From an uncultured Actinomycetota bacterium (GTDB lineage Bacteria; Actinomycetota; Actinomycetes; JAHEKZ01): 64,000 nt of DNA. This document shows positions 20,364-31,210 of the stretch, one piece after another (the first letter of the stretch is position 1; every line of letters starts with the position of its first letter). The translations under genes and the position numbers were made by a program. The stretch covers positions 576,001 through 640,000 of the forward strand of contig CAVURN010000001.1 of the NCBI GenBank assembly GCA_963743915.1, given 5' to 3'. The notes below the pieces were generated by a model, which was not told the origin of the DNA, did no database searches, and worked only from the letters and a program-made list of their open reading frames with translations.

Positions 20364-21777
20364 ATGCGCGCGCACCCGGCCGGTCCTCGACACGGCGATC
20401 TCGTCAGCGATGCCCTGCCGGCGGCCCCGCCACCGGACCTGAACGCGATCGATGCGCTCGTATGGCCCACCGGTATGTCGCGGGCTCCCGCTGGAGAGCT
20501 TCGCCTGCATGACCGAGCGGTGACCGAGCTGACCGCCTCCCATGGCACCCCGCTGTTCCTGCTGGACGCCGAGGACTTCCGCCGGCGCGCGCAGGGCCTA
20601 CGTCGACGCATTCACCGGATCCGACGTCTACTACGCGAGCAAGGCATTCACCAGCGTCGAGCTCGTCCGTTGGCTGGCGGAGGAGCGTGTCGGGCTCGAC
20701 GTGGCCAGCGGTGGTGAGCTCGCCGTCGCTGAACGTGCGGGCTTCCCGATGGAGCGGGTGCTCTTCCACGGCAACAACAAGTCGGTCGACGAGCTCACCC
20801 GCGCGGTCAGTGGTGGCGTCGGGCGGATCGTCATCGACTCGACGGAGGAGATCCGCCGGCTGGCCAGGTGCGCCGAGGACGCGGGGATCCGCCAGCGCGT
20901 CCTGGTGCGGGTGACGGTCGGGGTCGAGGCGCACACCCACGAGTTCATCGCGACGGCGCACGAGGACCAGAAGTTCGGCTTCTCGCTCGCGTCGGGGGCC
21001 GCAGCGCGGGCGATCGAGCTGGTGCTGCTGCAGCCCTCGCTGGAGCTGGTAGGGATCCACTCGCACATCGGGTCCCAGATCTTCGACACCTCCGGCTTCG
21101 AGGTCGCCGCACACCGCGCGGTCGGACTCATCGCCGAATTGCGGGCGCGGCACGGCATCGAGCTCGCGGAGCTCAACCTCGGAGGAGGGCTCGGCATCGC
21201 CTACGTCAGCTCCGACGACCCGGCGGACGTCACCGCGGTGGCGGAGAGCCTGCGCAGCATCGTGGAGCGCGAGTGCAGGGCCCACGGCCTCGCCGTCCCC
21301 CGCCTGGCCGTGGAGCCGGGCCGTGCGCTGGTCGGCCCGAGCATGGTCACCCTCTACGAGGTGGGAACGGTCAAGGAGGTCGCGCTGGACGCCGGGGCGT
21401 CCCGCACCTACGTCAGCGTCGACGGCGGGATGAGCGACAACCCGCGTACCGCCCTCTACAACGCCGACTACACCGCGGCCGTCGCCGACCGGCACTCCGA
21501 CGCCGCACCCATGCTCGGCCGGGTCGTGGGCAAGCACTGCGAGAGCGGAGACATCGTGGTGCGCGATGCCTGGCTGCCCGACGACGTGCGCGCCGGTGAT
21601 CTGCTCGCGGTGGCGGCGACGGGGGCCTACTGCCGCAGCATGGCGTCGTCGTACAACCTGCTCGCCCGACCTCCGGTGGTGGCGGTGCTGCCCGACGGCA
21701 CTGAGCAGGTGCTGATTCGGCGCGAGACCGAGGACGACCTGCTGGCGCTCGACCTGGGAGCGTCCCCGCGGCGCTAA
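20364..21777 (+). CDS. lysA: Diaminopimelate decarboxylase (frameshift near 20592)
   Basis: [12 protein letters not shown]-terminus, GTPLF; YASKAF PLP lysine, [29 protein letters not shown]. Confidence 0.95.
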
Positions 21778-21816
21778 GGTCCATGACGGACGGTGGGACT
21801 GATACTCGGAGGTCAC

Positions 21817-22248
21817 ATGCATCGCGCGATGGTCCTGCTGTGGATCGGCATCGGGCTGCCGTTCGTCCTGACCATCGTCGTGGGAGGGCCCGATGGCCTG
21901 GCGCCGCACCTGCTGTTCCACCTGGTCTACACCGCGCTGCTGATCGTGGGTCTCATCGGTGCGCTACTCCTCTGGACCGCGACCCCGGTGCGCGTGATGC
22001 GTGGCCTCGCGGTCGCTCTGGCCCTTGTATCCGTCGGCGCGATCGCAGGCAACGTCGGGGAGGCCGTTGCCGTCGCGCAGCACGGGGGGCTGGAGGCCGG
22101 GGACGCGGTCTACGACGTCGCCCTGCACGCCGACAGTGCGCGCATCACCCCTCTGGCGATCATGCTCTCTGTGTTCCTGCTGGCGGTGACGACGATCGTC
22201 GCCACCCGGCTCGACCGTCGCGGTGCCCTCGTCGTGACCCGCCCCTGA
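21817..22248 (+). CDS. Hypothetical membrane protein (about 4 TM)
   Basis: GGAGG RBS, hydrophobic helices with His residues. Confidence 0.6.
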   Translation: MHRAMVLLWIGIGLPFVLTIVVGGPDGLAPHLLFHLVYTALLIVGLIGALLLWTATPVRVMRGLAVALALVSVGAIAGNVGEAVAVAQHGGLEAGDAVYDVALHADSARITPLAIMLSVFLLAVTTIVATRLDRRGALVVTRP

Positions 22249-22275
22249 CGCCGCCCCGGGCACTACCGTTGGCAG

Positions 22276-22671
22276 ATGCGCATCTCTGTCGTCCTCGACT
22301 GCCTCGACCCGGACGCCCTGGTGCCCTTCTGGCAGGAGGCTCTCGCCTACCAGCTCGTCGACAGCCTCGACGGGTACCGGATCCTCGCGCCGCGGGACGG
22401 CGAACCACCGGGGCCGGTGCTGATCCTGCAGCCAGTGCCCGAGCCCAAGTCGGTGAAGAACCGCATGCACATCGACGTGCACGCGGACCACGCGGCCGAC
22501 CACGTCCGGCGACTGGAGGAGCTCGGGGCGACCCGACTCGGAGCACCGGTCGCGGCCTTCGGTGTCACGTGGCAGACGCTGACCGATCCTGAGGGCCATG
22601 AGCTCTGCGTGGTCGCCCATGGGAGGCTTGACCTCGACGATCCTGCTGGTGCGGCCCCTGGTGAGGCCTAG
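22276..22671 (+). CDS. VOC/glyoxalase family protein
   Basis: [29 protein letters not shown]. Confidence 0.85.
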   Translation: MRISVVLDCLDPDALVPFWQEALAYQLVDSLDGYRILAPRDGEPPGPVLILQPVPEPKSVKNRMHIDVHADHAADHVRRLEELGATRLGAPVAAFGVTWQTLTDPEGHELCVVAHGRLDLDDPAGAAPGEA

Positions 22672-22709
22672 TCGACAGGGCTGGCCAGGGGTGGAGCACG
22701 GGAGGTCCG

Positions 22710-24006
22710 ATGGGCGCCAAGCCGCTCAAAGTCGCGTTGCTGGGCGCGGGTGTCGTCGGCTCCGAGGTCGCCCGACTGCTCGCCGAGCAGCACGACGACC
22801 TCACCGCGCGCGTAGGGGCGCCGTTGGAGCTGGTGGGCATCGGCGTCCGTCGGGTCGACGTCGATCGTGGCCGGTGGATCGACCCGGCGCTGGTCACTGA
22901 CGACCTGGACGAGCTCGTGGCCGGCCGTGGCGCTGACATCGTCGTCGAGCTCATGGGCGGCATCGACCCGGCACGACGGCTGATCCTGGGAGCGTTCGCC
23001 TCCGGCGCGAGTGTGGTCACCGGGAACAAGGCCTTGCTCGCCCAGCACGGGGCCGAGCTGCACGAGGCGTGTGACGCTGCGGGGCTCGACCTCTACTTCG
23101 AGGCCAGCGTGGCCGGCGCGATCCCCCTGCTCCGGCCCCTGCGCGAGTCGCTCGTCGGTGACCGCGTCCAGCGCGTGCTCGGCATCGTCAACGGCACCAC
23201 CAACTACATCCTGACGCGCATGGACGAGAGTGGCGCGTCCTACGACGACGCCCTGGCCGAGGCACAGGATCTCGGGTACGCCGAGAAGCCGGACCCGTCA
23301 GCTGACGTGGAGGGCCACGACGCGGCTGCCAAGGCCGCGATCATCGCCAGCCTCGCCTTCCACTCCCGGGTGACGCTGGACGACGTGTACTGCGAGGGCA
23401 TCTCCACCATCACGGCCGACGACGTCGGCGGCAGCGAGGGAGTCGGGGCACGTGGTGAAGCTGCTCGCGGTCGCCGAGCGCTCCACCGACGGCCGGGGCA
23501 TCAACGTGCGCGTCCATCCCGCGATGGTCCCGCGTCACCACCCCCTGGCGGCAGTGCGGGAGGCCTACAACGCCGTGTTCGTCGAGTCCGAGGCTGCCGG
23601 TCAGCTGATGTTCTACGGGCCCGGCGCCGGGGGCGCGCCGACGGCGAGTGCGGTGGTCGGCGACATCGTGGCGGTCGCGCGCAACCGGATCAGCGGAGGT
23701 CACGGACCGCGCGAGTCGGCATACGCGGCGCTACCGGTGCTGCCGATGGACACGTCCACCACGCGCTACTACATCAAGGTCGACCTGGCAGACAGAGCCG
23801 GAGTGCTGGCCGCAGTGGCCGCCACCTTCGCCGAGCACGACGTCAGCATCGAGACACTCCGGCAGGAGGGGCACGGCGACGAGGCGACGCTGGAGATCGT
23901 GACCCACGACGCCGCGGAGTCAGCCCTGGCCAAGACCTGCGACTCGCTGCGAGGACTCGACTCGGTGCAGCAGATCACGTCCGTCATGCGGGTGGTGGGA
24001 GAATGA
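22710..24006 (+). CDS. hom: Homoserine dehydrogenase with ACT domain (frameshift near 23430)
   Basis: [41 protein letters not shown]; second frame [13 protein letters not shown] and ACT domain. Confidence 0.95.
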
Positions 24007-25094
24007 GCGGGATGAGCACCCAGCCGATGTCCCGGACGCACCAGTGGCGCGGAGTCATCGACGAGTACCGCGACCGGCTGCCGGTCAGTGACGCGACTCC
24101 CGTCATCTCGCTCCGTGAGGGTGGCACGCCCCTGGTGCGCGCGAACGTGGTCTCCGAACGCACCGGCTGTGAGGTGTGGCTCAAGGTCGAGGGAGCCAAC
24201 CCCACCGGCTCGTTCAAGGACCGTGGCATGACGATGGCCATCTCCAAGGCAGCCGAGGAGGGCGCGCGAGCTGTCATCTGCGCATCCACCGGCAACACCA
24301 GCGCCAGCGCGGCGGCCTACGCCGTGCGTGCCGGGATGGTCTGTGCCGTCCTCGTGCCGCAGGGCAAGATCGCGCTGGGCAAGCTGAGCCAGGCCCTGGC
24401 CCACGGTGCCCGGTTGCTGCAGGTCGACGGCAACTTCGACGACTGCCTGAACTTGGCCCGCGATCTCTCCGAGCAGTACCCGGTGGCCCTGGTCAACAGC
24501 GTCAACCCGGTGCGCATCGAGGGTCAGAAGACGGCTGCGTTCGAGATCGTCGACCAGCTCGGTGACGCCCCCGACATCCATGCGCTGCCGGTCGGCAACG
24601 CCGGCAACATCACGGCGTACTGGCGCGGCTACCGCGAGTACGCCGACGACGGCGTGAGCTCGGGTCGTCCCCGCATGTGGGGCTTCCAAGCGGCAGGTGC
24701 GGCGCCGATCGTGCGGGGGGAGGTCGTCGCGAAGCCGTCGACGGTCGCCACCGCCATCCGGATCGGCAACCCCGCATCGTGGCAGTACGCGCTGGAGGCG
24801 CGTGAGCAGTCCGGCGGTGTCATCGAGGCCGTGACGGACCGCGAGATCCTTGCGGCCTACCGTCTGCTCGCCTCGCAGGAGGGGGTCTTCGTGGAGCCGG
24901 CATCGGCCGCCGGTGTCGCGGGACTGCTGAAGAAGGCGGAGAGCGGCTCCCTCACACCCGGTCAGACCGTGGTCTGCACGGTCACCGGTCACGGGCTCAA
25001 GGACCCGGACTGGGCGATCGCCGGTGCACCACAGCCGGTGACGGTCGCGGCGGACCCGCACGCGGCCGCTGTGCTGCTGGGGCTGACCGACTAG
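24003..25094 (+). CDS. thrC: Threonine synthase
   Basis: [48 protein letters not shown]. Confidence 0.97.
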   Translation: MSGMSTQPMSRTHQWRGVIDEYRDRLPVSDATPVISLREGGTPLVRANVVSERTGCEVWLKVEGANPTGSFKDRGMTMAISKAAEEGARAVICASTGNTSASAAAYAVRAGMVCAVLVPQGKIALGKLSQALAHGARLLQVDGNFDDCLNLARDLSEQYPVALVNSVNPVRIEGQKTAAFEIVDQLGDAPDIHALPVGNAGNITAYWRGYREYADDGVSSGRPRMWGFQAAGAAPIVRGEVVAKPSTVATAIRIGNPASWQYALEAREQSGGVIEAVTDREILAAYRLLASQEGVFVEPASAAGVAGLLKKAESGSLTPGQTVVCTVTGHGLKDPDWAIAGAPQPVTVAADPHAAAVLLGLTD

Positions 25095-26006
25095 TGGCGG
25101 CGCCCATGTTCCGGGCGGCGACGCTGCGCGTCCGCGTCCCCGCCACCAGCGCCAACCTCGGTCCGGGCTACGACTCGTTCGGCCTCGCTCTGTCGCTCCA
25201 CGACGAGATCGTGGTGCGGGTCGGTGAGAACGGCCTCGACGTCGACGTCGCCGGCGAGGGGGCCGACAAGGTGCGCAGGGACGCGCGCAACCTCGTGGTC
25301 AAGGCGATGAACACCGCGTTCGACCGCATGGGAGGACGTCCACGAGGGCTCGAGGTGCGCTGCCTGAACCGCATCCCGCACGGACGCGGCCTCGGCTCCT
25401 CGGCAGCGGCGATCGTCGGAGGTCTGGTTGCGGCGCGCGCGCTGACCGTCGGGGGCGACGAGCGGTTCGACGACGAACGACTGCTGGCCGTGGCCACCGA
25501 GATGGAGGGTCACGCCGACAACGTGTCCGCGGCGGTGCACGGGGGGTTCACCGTCGCGTGGACGGACGGGGGAGAGGTGGGCGTCCTCGCCTCGGGCCCG
25601 CACCCGGACCTGCTGCCGGTGGCGTTCATCGCGGGAACCGAGCTGCGCACCGCCAAGGCGCGCAGGGTGCTGCCGGAGGTCGTGCCGCACGAGCGATGCG
25701 GCCCTCAACAGCGCGCGAGCCGGACTCCTCGCCCGCGCGGTCGTCGAGCGACCGGACCTGCTGATGGTGGCCACCGAGGACTTCCTGCACCAGGAGTACC
25801 GACGCCCGGTCATGCCGCGTTCGCTCGCCCTCGTCGACGAGCTGCGCGCCGCCGGGGTCCCTGCCGTGGTCTCCGGGGCCGGGCCGACCGTGCTGGCGCT
25901 GACCGACCGGGCGACGGCCGCAGACCTGGCCGCCCAGTCGCGGCGGGGGTGGCAGATCGAGGCGCTGGAGGCTGATCGCCAAGGGGTCCAGGTGCTGCCG
26001 CTGTAG
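25094..26006 (+). CDS. thrB: Homoserine kinase (frameshift near 25700)
   Basis: [29 protein letters not shown]; [10 protein letters not shown] and SGAGPT in shifted frame. Confidence 0.95.
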
Positions 26007-26278
26007 CGCACCGCTACAGGATGCGGGGCGACACGCCGACATCACTCGGGAGACCCCCGGGAACACTCCGGTGCCGTCAGGTGTTACGGTGGCATCGCAC
26101 CGGGTTCCCGAGTGTCTTCCCTTCAGGGCAATTCACTTCGATCCACACCGAACCCGTCCCGCCGGACGTTTCTGATCCCGGCGGCGCTCCACCCCTCCTG
26201 ACCCGTGCACCGCACGTCCCAGGAGAACCCCCACCGGGCGCTCTTTTCGGCGCACCGGAACTTTTGGAAGGACATCGC

Positions 26279-28057
26279 GTGAGCGACACCACCGACACCC
26301 TCCCGCAGGACGCCACGTCGACTCCTCGTCGGTCGAGCGGACTGTCCGGGATGGTTCTCGCCGAGCTGCAGACCGTGGCCTCCGGGCTCGGCATCACCGG
26401 CACCACCCGGATGCGCAAGGGTGAGCTGATCGAGGCCATCAAGGCCGCCCAGGGCGGAGGCGGCTCGGCCGCCGGCTCCTCGGGCGCCGCACCGCGCCGC
26501 ACCCGCAGCAAGGCGTCCGACGGCGCCCCCACCACCAAGGACGCCCCCTCCGCCAAGGGAGCAGAGTCTTCCAGCGGTGCCGCTGACGCCGCGACGGCGC
26601 CGGCCGACGGCGCCTCCGACGGGGCCTCCGCTCCCACGACGGACGCCCGCCAGACCCGCACCCAGGGTCGTGGCGACAGGTCCGACGGGCGCGAGAGCCG
26701 CAGCGACAACCGCGGCGCCAACGACCGCGAGCGACCGCAGCGCCAACGACCGCGCGCGACAACCGCAGCGCCAATGACCGCAGCGGCGACCGCGACGGCT
26801 ACGAGGGCAGCCGCAGCAGCCGGCGTCGTCGTCGTGGGACGCGACCGCTACCGCGACCGTCCGAGCCGCGACCGCTACTCCGAGAGCGAGCCGACGGTCA
26901 GCCCCGACGACGTGCTGGTCCCCGTGGCCGGCATCGTCGACGTCCTCGACAACTACGCCTTCGTGCGCACCTCCGGCTACCTGCCCGGTCCGAACGACAT
27001 CTACGTCTCACTGTCGCAGGTGCGTCGCTACGGGCTGCGCCGCGGCGACGCCGTCACCGGCGCCGTCCGCCAGCCGAAGGAGGGGGAGCGCCGCGAGAAG
27101 TTCAACGCGCTCGTGCGCCTCGACACCGTCAACGGCACCGAACCGGACGAGGCCAAGCAGCGCGCCGACTTCAACAAGCTGACGCCTCTCTACCCGCAGG
27201 ACCGTCTGCGACTCGAGACCGAGTCCGGCATGCTCACCACCCGCGTCATCGACCTGGTGGCGCCGATCGGCAAGGGCCAGCGGGGACTCATCGTCTCGCC
27301 TCCGAAGGCCGGCAAGACCATGGTGCTGCAGGCGATCGCCAACGCGATCACGTCCAACAACCCCGAGGTGCACCTCATGGTCGTGCTCGTCGACGAGCGC
27401 CCCGAAGAGGTCACCGACATGCAGCGCACGGTCAAGGGCGAGGTCATCGCCTCCACCTTCGACCGTCCTGCCGACGACCACACGACGGTTGCCGAGCTCG
27501 CCATCGAGCGCGCCAAGCGGCTGGTCGAGCTCGGCCACGACGTCGTCGTCCTGCTCGACTCGATGACGCGGCTGGGCCGCGCCTACAACCTGTCGGCGCC
27601 GGCCTCGGGCCGGATCCTGTCCGGTGGCGTCGACTCGTCGGCCCTGTACCCGCCGAAGCGCTTCTTCGGCGCAGCGCGCAACATCGAGAACGGCGGCTCG
27701 CTGACGATCCTCGCCACGGCCCTGGTCGAGACCGGGTCGAAGATGGACGAGGTGATCTTCGAGGAGTTCAAGGGCACCGGAAACATGGAGCTCAAGCTCG
27801 ACCGCAGGCTCGCGGACAAGCGGGTCTTCCCGGCGGTGGACGTCGACGCGTCCGGAACCCGCAAGGAGGAGCTGCTGCTCGGGGCCGACGAGCTGAAGAT
27901 CGTGTGGAGCCTGCGTCGGGTGCTGCACGCCCTCGAGTCGCAGCAGGCGCTCGAGCTCCTGCTCTCCAAGCTCAAGGAGACCAAGAGCAACACCGAGTTC
28001 CTGCTCCAGGTGCAGAAGACCACCCCCGGCGCCATGCTCAGCGAGGACGCCGACTGA
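26279..28057 (+). CDS. rho: Transcription termination factor Rho with actinobacterial N-terminal insertion
   Basis: [48 protein letters not shown]. Confidence 0.97.
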   Translation: MSDTTDTLPQDATSTPRRSSGLSGMVLAELQTVASGLGITGTTRMRKGELIEAIKAAQGGGGSAAGSSGAAPRRTRSKASDGAPTTKDAPSAKGAESSSGAADAATAPADGASDGASAPTTDARQTRTQGRGDRSDGRESRSDNRGANDRERPQRQRPRATTAAPMTAAATATATRAAAAAGVVVVGRDRYRDRPSRDRYSESEPTVSPDDVLVPVAGIVDVLDNYAFVRTSGYLPGPNDIYVSLSQVRRYGLRRGDAVTGAVRQPKEGERREKFNALVRLDTVNGTEPDEAKQRADFNKLTPLYPQDRLRLETESGMLTTRVIDLVAPIGKGQRGLIVSPPKAGKTMVLQAIANAITSNNPEVHLMVVLVDERPEEVTDMQRTVKGEVIASTFDRPADDHTTVAELAIERAKRLVELGHDVVVLLDSMTRLGRAYNLSAPASGRILSGGVDSSALYPPKRFFGAARNIENGGSLTILATALVETGSKMDEVIFEEFKGTGNMELKLDRRLADKRVFPAVDVDASGTRKEELLLGADELKIVWSLRRVLHALESQQALELLLSKLKETKSNTEFLLQVQKTTPGAMLSEDAD

Positions 28058-28158
28058 CCGGAGTCCGTCCCCGTGACCGCCTCGGCAACGCAGAGGCACC
28101 TCGTCAGCGGTCCCCAAGCGCGACCACATCCCACAGCGACCTCGCGTCACGCCGTGTT

Positions 28159-28208
28159 TAGCCCATTCGGGTGATTGTCTGGACGGGTGAATTCGTGCGA
28201 TCTATCGT
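28159..28208 (+). promoter_or_regulatory. Tandem CGGGTGA-ending 16-mers and leaderless -10 box of the islet gene
   Basis: TAGCCCATTCGGGTGA (28159-28174) followed directly by TTGTCTGGACGGGTGA (28175-28190); TATCGT 28203-28208, 6 nt before ATG 28215. Confidence 0.5.
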
Positions 28209-28214
28209 GGCCAG

Positions 28215-28796
28215 ATGCTGACGCGTAGCGCGCTTGCACTGACAGCAGCGTTGGTCGCTGTGTCGCTGAGCCCGAGTGCTGCAGAGGCGGCGTATGACGT
28301 GGGGCAGGACCAGGTCTCCGCGGGAGCCGGCGATGAATACGCATCATGGAATGCCGATCTGTACCCCGACTACCTGACCATGTTCGCGAGAAGTCAGCCG
28401 AATCTGGCGAACAACCGTTGCCTCGACAGCTATTTCGACTGGGACACGATAGACAGCACCCATTGGGATGCGCGCATCGCGCGGGTGTGCCGCGCTGACG
28501 CCTATCGCGATTCGAATGACGTGTTCCGGGAGAACGCTGCGTCATACGAGTACCTGCTTTCGGGGGCGCAACGAGGTGCCGGGTGCATCTTCTTTCAGAG
28601 CAGCCTGAGCTATTTGGATGGCCAGGGTAATTCGAGCTGTGTTCAGCTCAGCGGTACTCTGCAAAGCGCAAACCTTGGGGCAGAGTACATAGCAACCTCT
28701 GAGTATGCAGATCGATACTTCCATATGTGGGTTAGGCGTTCCAATGGGAACGCCGACGTCATTCCAGGTGGATCTCCGTCAGATCCCGCCGGTTAA
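28215..28796 (+). CDS. Hypothetical secreted protein (4 Cys), lower GC
   Basis: Sec signal peptide ending SAAEA/A; many A/T-ending codons unlike flanking genes. Confidence 0.75.
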   Translation: MLTRSALALTAALVAVSLSPSAAEAAYDVGQDQVSAGAGDEYASWNADLYPDYLTMFARSQPNLANNRCLDSYFDWDTIDSTHWDARIARVCRADAYRDSNDVFRENAASYEYLLSGAQRGAGCIFFQSSLSYLDGQGNSSCVQLSGTLQSANLGAEYIATSEYADRYFHMWVRRSNGNADVIPGGSPSDPAG

Positions 28797-28816
28797 CGGT
28801 AAAGGGGGAATGTGGC

Positions 28817-29719
28817 GTGCACAAGGGCGTGGTCGTGGCGAGCGCGGCGGTCCTGCTTGTCGTTGCCTGCGGGACCGAAGACAGTCAGGTTTCCCCGGCT
28901 GTCGAAGACGCACACCTGCTTGCCCTGCAGGAATCGATCATGGGAACTCCCGCTCAGCGCAGTGCTGGCGAGTATCTCGGCAACTACGCACTCGACGCGC
29001 CAGTGCAGGAATGCATGGCTGAGAAGGGCTTGCCGTACGAGATCAAGTACATGGACACGTCAATCGGTACGGAGACCAGGAGTCTTGGGGACACGTGGAC
29101 GGAGCCGCTCGACCTCACCCACATGCTGCATAACATGCAGGTGGTCGCAGCGAAGGCGCCAAAGGAGGAGCGGCTCTCTTCCCCCCCGGACAAGGACGAC
29201 GTGAAGGCCACTCCTGAATATGCCGATGCATTGCGGATATGCGATGATGAAGAGGGCAGTTGGAGTGACGCCTCAAGCCCTCCCAAATCTATGCGCCTGG
29301 CAGTGCGACTCGACATGGCACTACAAGACATTGAACGGGACTTTGGTGGTAATGGTCCGTACAACGACTGCATGGCGGACGCTGGCTTTGACGTCTACCA
29401 GAACGACCTTGATGGTGTGAACGGCCTGGAGTGGCTACTTATCGACCGTGCACCGCCACCCGCCGACCGCCCAGCGCCAGGTGAAGCGGGAGGACCACGG
29501 TGGGCTGACTTTTTGGTGTTTGCCAACCAGGCGCTGGCGTCAGATCGTGCCTGCAGATCCGACAAGCACGCTGAGGCGATGAGCCGAGTCGGGGAGCTTC
29601 TCGATGACTTCGAACAGGAGAACGCCACCGAGATCGCCCGGATTCAAGCGGAATGGCAGGCCCTCGTGCAGGAAGCCCAGGAGAAGGGTTGGGTAGACCA
29701 GACCCAGCGTTACTCGTGA
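28817..29719 (+). CDS. Hypothetical lipoprotein with two CM-x3-G helical repeats, lower GC
   Basis: AAGGGGG RBS, LLVVAC lipobox, ECMAEKG and DCMADAG repeats. Confidence 0.75.
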   Translation: MHKGVVVASAAVLLVVACGTEDSQVSPAVEDAHLLALQESIMGTPAQRSAGEYLGNYALDAPVQECMAEKGLPYEIKYMDTSIGTETRSLGDTWTEPLDLTHMLHNMQVVAAKAPKEERLSSPPDKDDVKATPEYADALRICDDEEGSWSDASSPPKSMRLAVRLDMALQDIERDFGGNGPYNDCMADAGFDVYQNDLDGVNGLEWLLIDRAPPPADRPAPGEAGGPRWADFLVFANQALASDRACRSDKHAEAMSRVGELLDDFEQENATEIARIQAEWQALVQEAQEKGWVDQTQRYS

Positions 29720-29767
29720 AGTTGAGGGCGGTGGCGCTGTCGCGGCTTTGGAGTGCGTCGGCGCCGA

Positions 29768-29820
29768 TGGCATAATCTTCTGCGGTCCCGGTTCACGGCC
29801 TCGCTCGAGACCGACCCGGA
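29768..29820 (+). promoter_or_regulatory. rpmE promoter (extended -10 TGGCATAAT) and probable L31-Actinobacteria ribosomal leader RNA
   Basis: CATAAT 29771-29776; CCGGTTCACGG...CCGACCCGG hairpin matches my recollection of the conserved actinobacterial rpmE leader. Confidence 0.6.
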
Positions 29821-29840
29821 ACCCCGAACGAGGAGACCCG

Positions 29841-30053
29841 ATGAAGCCCGACATCCACCCCACCTACGTGCCGACGCAGGTCACCTGTACCTGCGGCACC
29901 ACGTTCGTGACCCGCAGCACCGCGGCCAACGGCGTGATCCACGCCGAGACCTGCTCCAACTGCCACCCCTTCTACACGGGCAAGCAGCGCATCCTCGACA
30001 CCGGCGGCCGGGTCGCCCGCTTCGAGAAGCGGTACGGCAAGAAGGACAGCTAG
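29841..30053 (+). CDS. rpmE: 50S ribosomal protein L31 (zinc-binding C+ type)
   Basis: [30 protein letters not shown]. Confidence 0.97.
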   Translation: MKPDIHPTYVPTQVTCTCGTTFVTRSTAANGVIHAETCSNCHPFYTGKQRILDTGGRVARFEKRYGKKDS

Positions 30054-30061
30054 CGTCACGC

Positions 30062-30095
30062 ACGGCGCCGCGGGCTTCACGGCCTGCGGCGCCGT
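30062..30095 (+). terminator. GC-rich hairpin after rpmE (terminator/processing site)
   Basis: ACGGCGCCGCGGG ... CCTGCGGCGCCGT stem. Confidence 0.55.
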
Positions 30096-30136
30096 CGTCG
30101 TGTGTACCCGCATCTCACCGCACACCGGAGGATCGG

Positions 30137-31210
30137 ATGTTCGAGCAGGTCGACGTCCTCGTCGCTGAGTACGCCGACCTCGAGCGTCAGCTCGCCGATC
30201 CGGGCGTCCACGCCGACACCGGCCGCGCGCGGACGCTCGGGCGGCGCTACGCCGAGCTCGGACCCATCGTGAGCACGTACCAACGGTGGAAGCAGCTGGG
30301 CGGGGACGTCGAGGCCGCCCGGGAGCTGGCGGCCGAGGACGCCGGGTTCGCCGAGGAAGTCACCCGCATGGACGCCGAGCGCGATGCACTCGCCGACCGG
30401 CTCACCGAGCTGCTGCTGCCACGTGACCCTGACGACGACAAGGACGTGATCCTCGAGGTCAAGGCCGGCGAGGGTGGCGACGAGTCGGCGCTGTTCGCCG
30501 GTGACCTGCTGCGGATGTACCTGCGCTTCGCCGAACGCCAGGGGTGGAAGGCGGAGGTGCTGGACGCGCAGGAGTCCGACCTCGGTGGCTACAAGGACGT
30601 GTCGGTGGCGATCAAGAGCAAGGGGACACCCGCTCCGGGCGACGGCGTGTGGTCCCAGCTGAAGTACGAGGGTGGGGTGCACCGGGTCCAGCGAGTGCCG
30701 GTGACGGAGAGCCAGGGCCGCATCCACACCAGTGCGGCCGGCGTCCTCGTCATGCCCGAGGCCGAGGACGTCGAGGTGGAGGTCGACCCGAACGACCTGC
30801 GGATCGACGTGTACCGCAGCAGCGGACCGGGCGGTCAGAGCGTCAACACCACCGACTCCGCGGTCCGGATCACCCATGTGCCGACCGGCATCGTCGTCAG
30901 CTGCCAGAACGAGAAGTCGCAGCTGCAGAACCGCGAGCAGGCACTGCGCATCCTCCGGGCCCGGCTGCTCGCGGCCAAGCAGGAGGCCGCCGACCGCGAG
31001 GCGTCCGCCGCCCGACGGTCGCAGGTGCGCACCGTCGACCGCTCCGAGCGCATCCGCACCTACAACTTCGCCGAGAACCGGATCTCCGACCACCGGGTGG
31101 GCTTCAAGGCGTACAACCTCGACCAGGTGCTCGACGGCGACCTCACCGCGGTCATCACCGCCTGCAAGGCCGCCGACCGCGCGGCCGAGCTGGCCGGAGA
31201 CACCGCATGA
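30137..31210 (+). CDS. prfA: Peptide chain release factor 1
   Basis: [11 protein letters not shown] (PxT motif), [17 protein letters not shown]. Confidence 0.97.
   Translation: MFEQVDVLVAEYADLERQLADPGVHADTGRARTLGRRYAELGPIVSTYQRWKQLGGDVEAARELAAEDAGFAEEVTRMDAERDALADRLTELLLPRDPDDDKDVILEVKAGEGGDESALFAGDLLRMYLRFAERQGWKAEVLDAQESDLGGYKDVSVAIKSKGTPAPGDGVWSQLKYEGGVHRVQRVPVTESQGRIHTSAAGVLVMPEAEDVEVEVDPNDLRIDVYRSSGPGGQSVNTTDSAVRITHVPTGIVVSCQNEKSQLQNREQALRILRARLLAAKQEAADREASAARRSQVRTVDRSERIRTYNFAENRISDHRVGFKAYNLDQVLDGDLTAVITACKAADRAAELAGDTA

Noticed and set aside
22710-25094. 794-aa Hom-ThrC fusion in the ORF track
   Set aside because: Produced by a frameshift near 23430; the true Hom C-terminus (23452-24006) is in another frame and thrC has its own start at 24003
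28057-29760. IS or prophage origin for the rho-rpmE islet
   Set aside because: No transposase, recombinase, terminal inverted repeats or target-site duplication could be seen by eye
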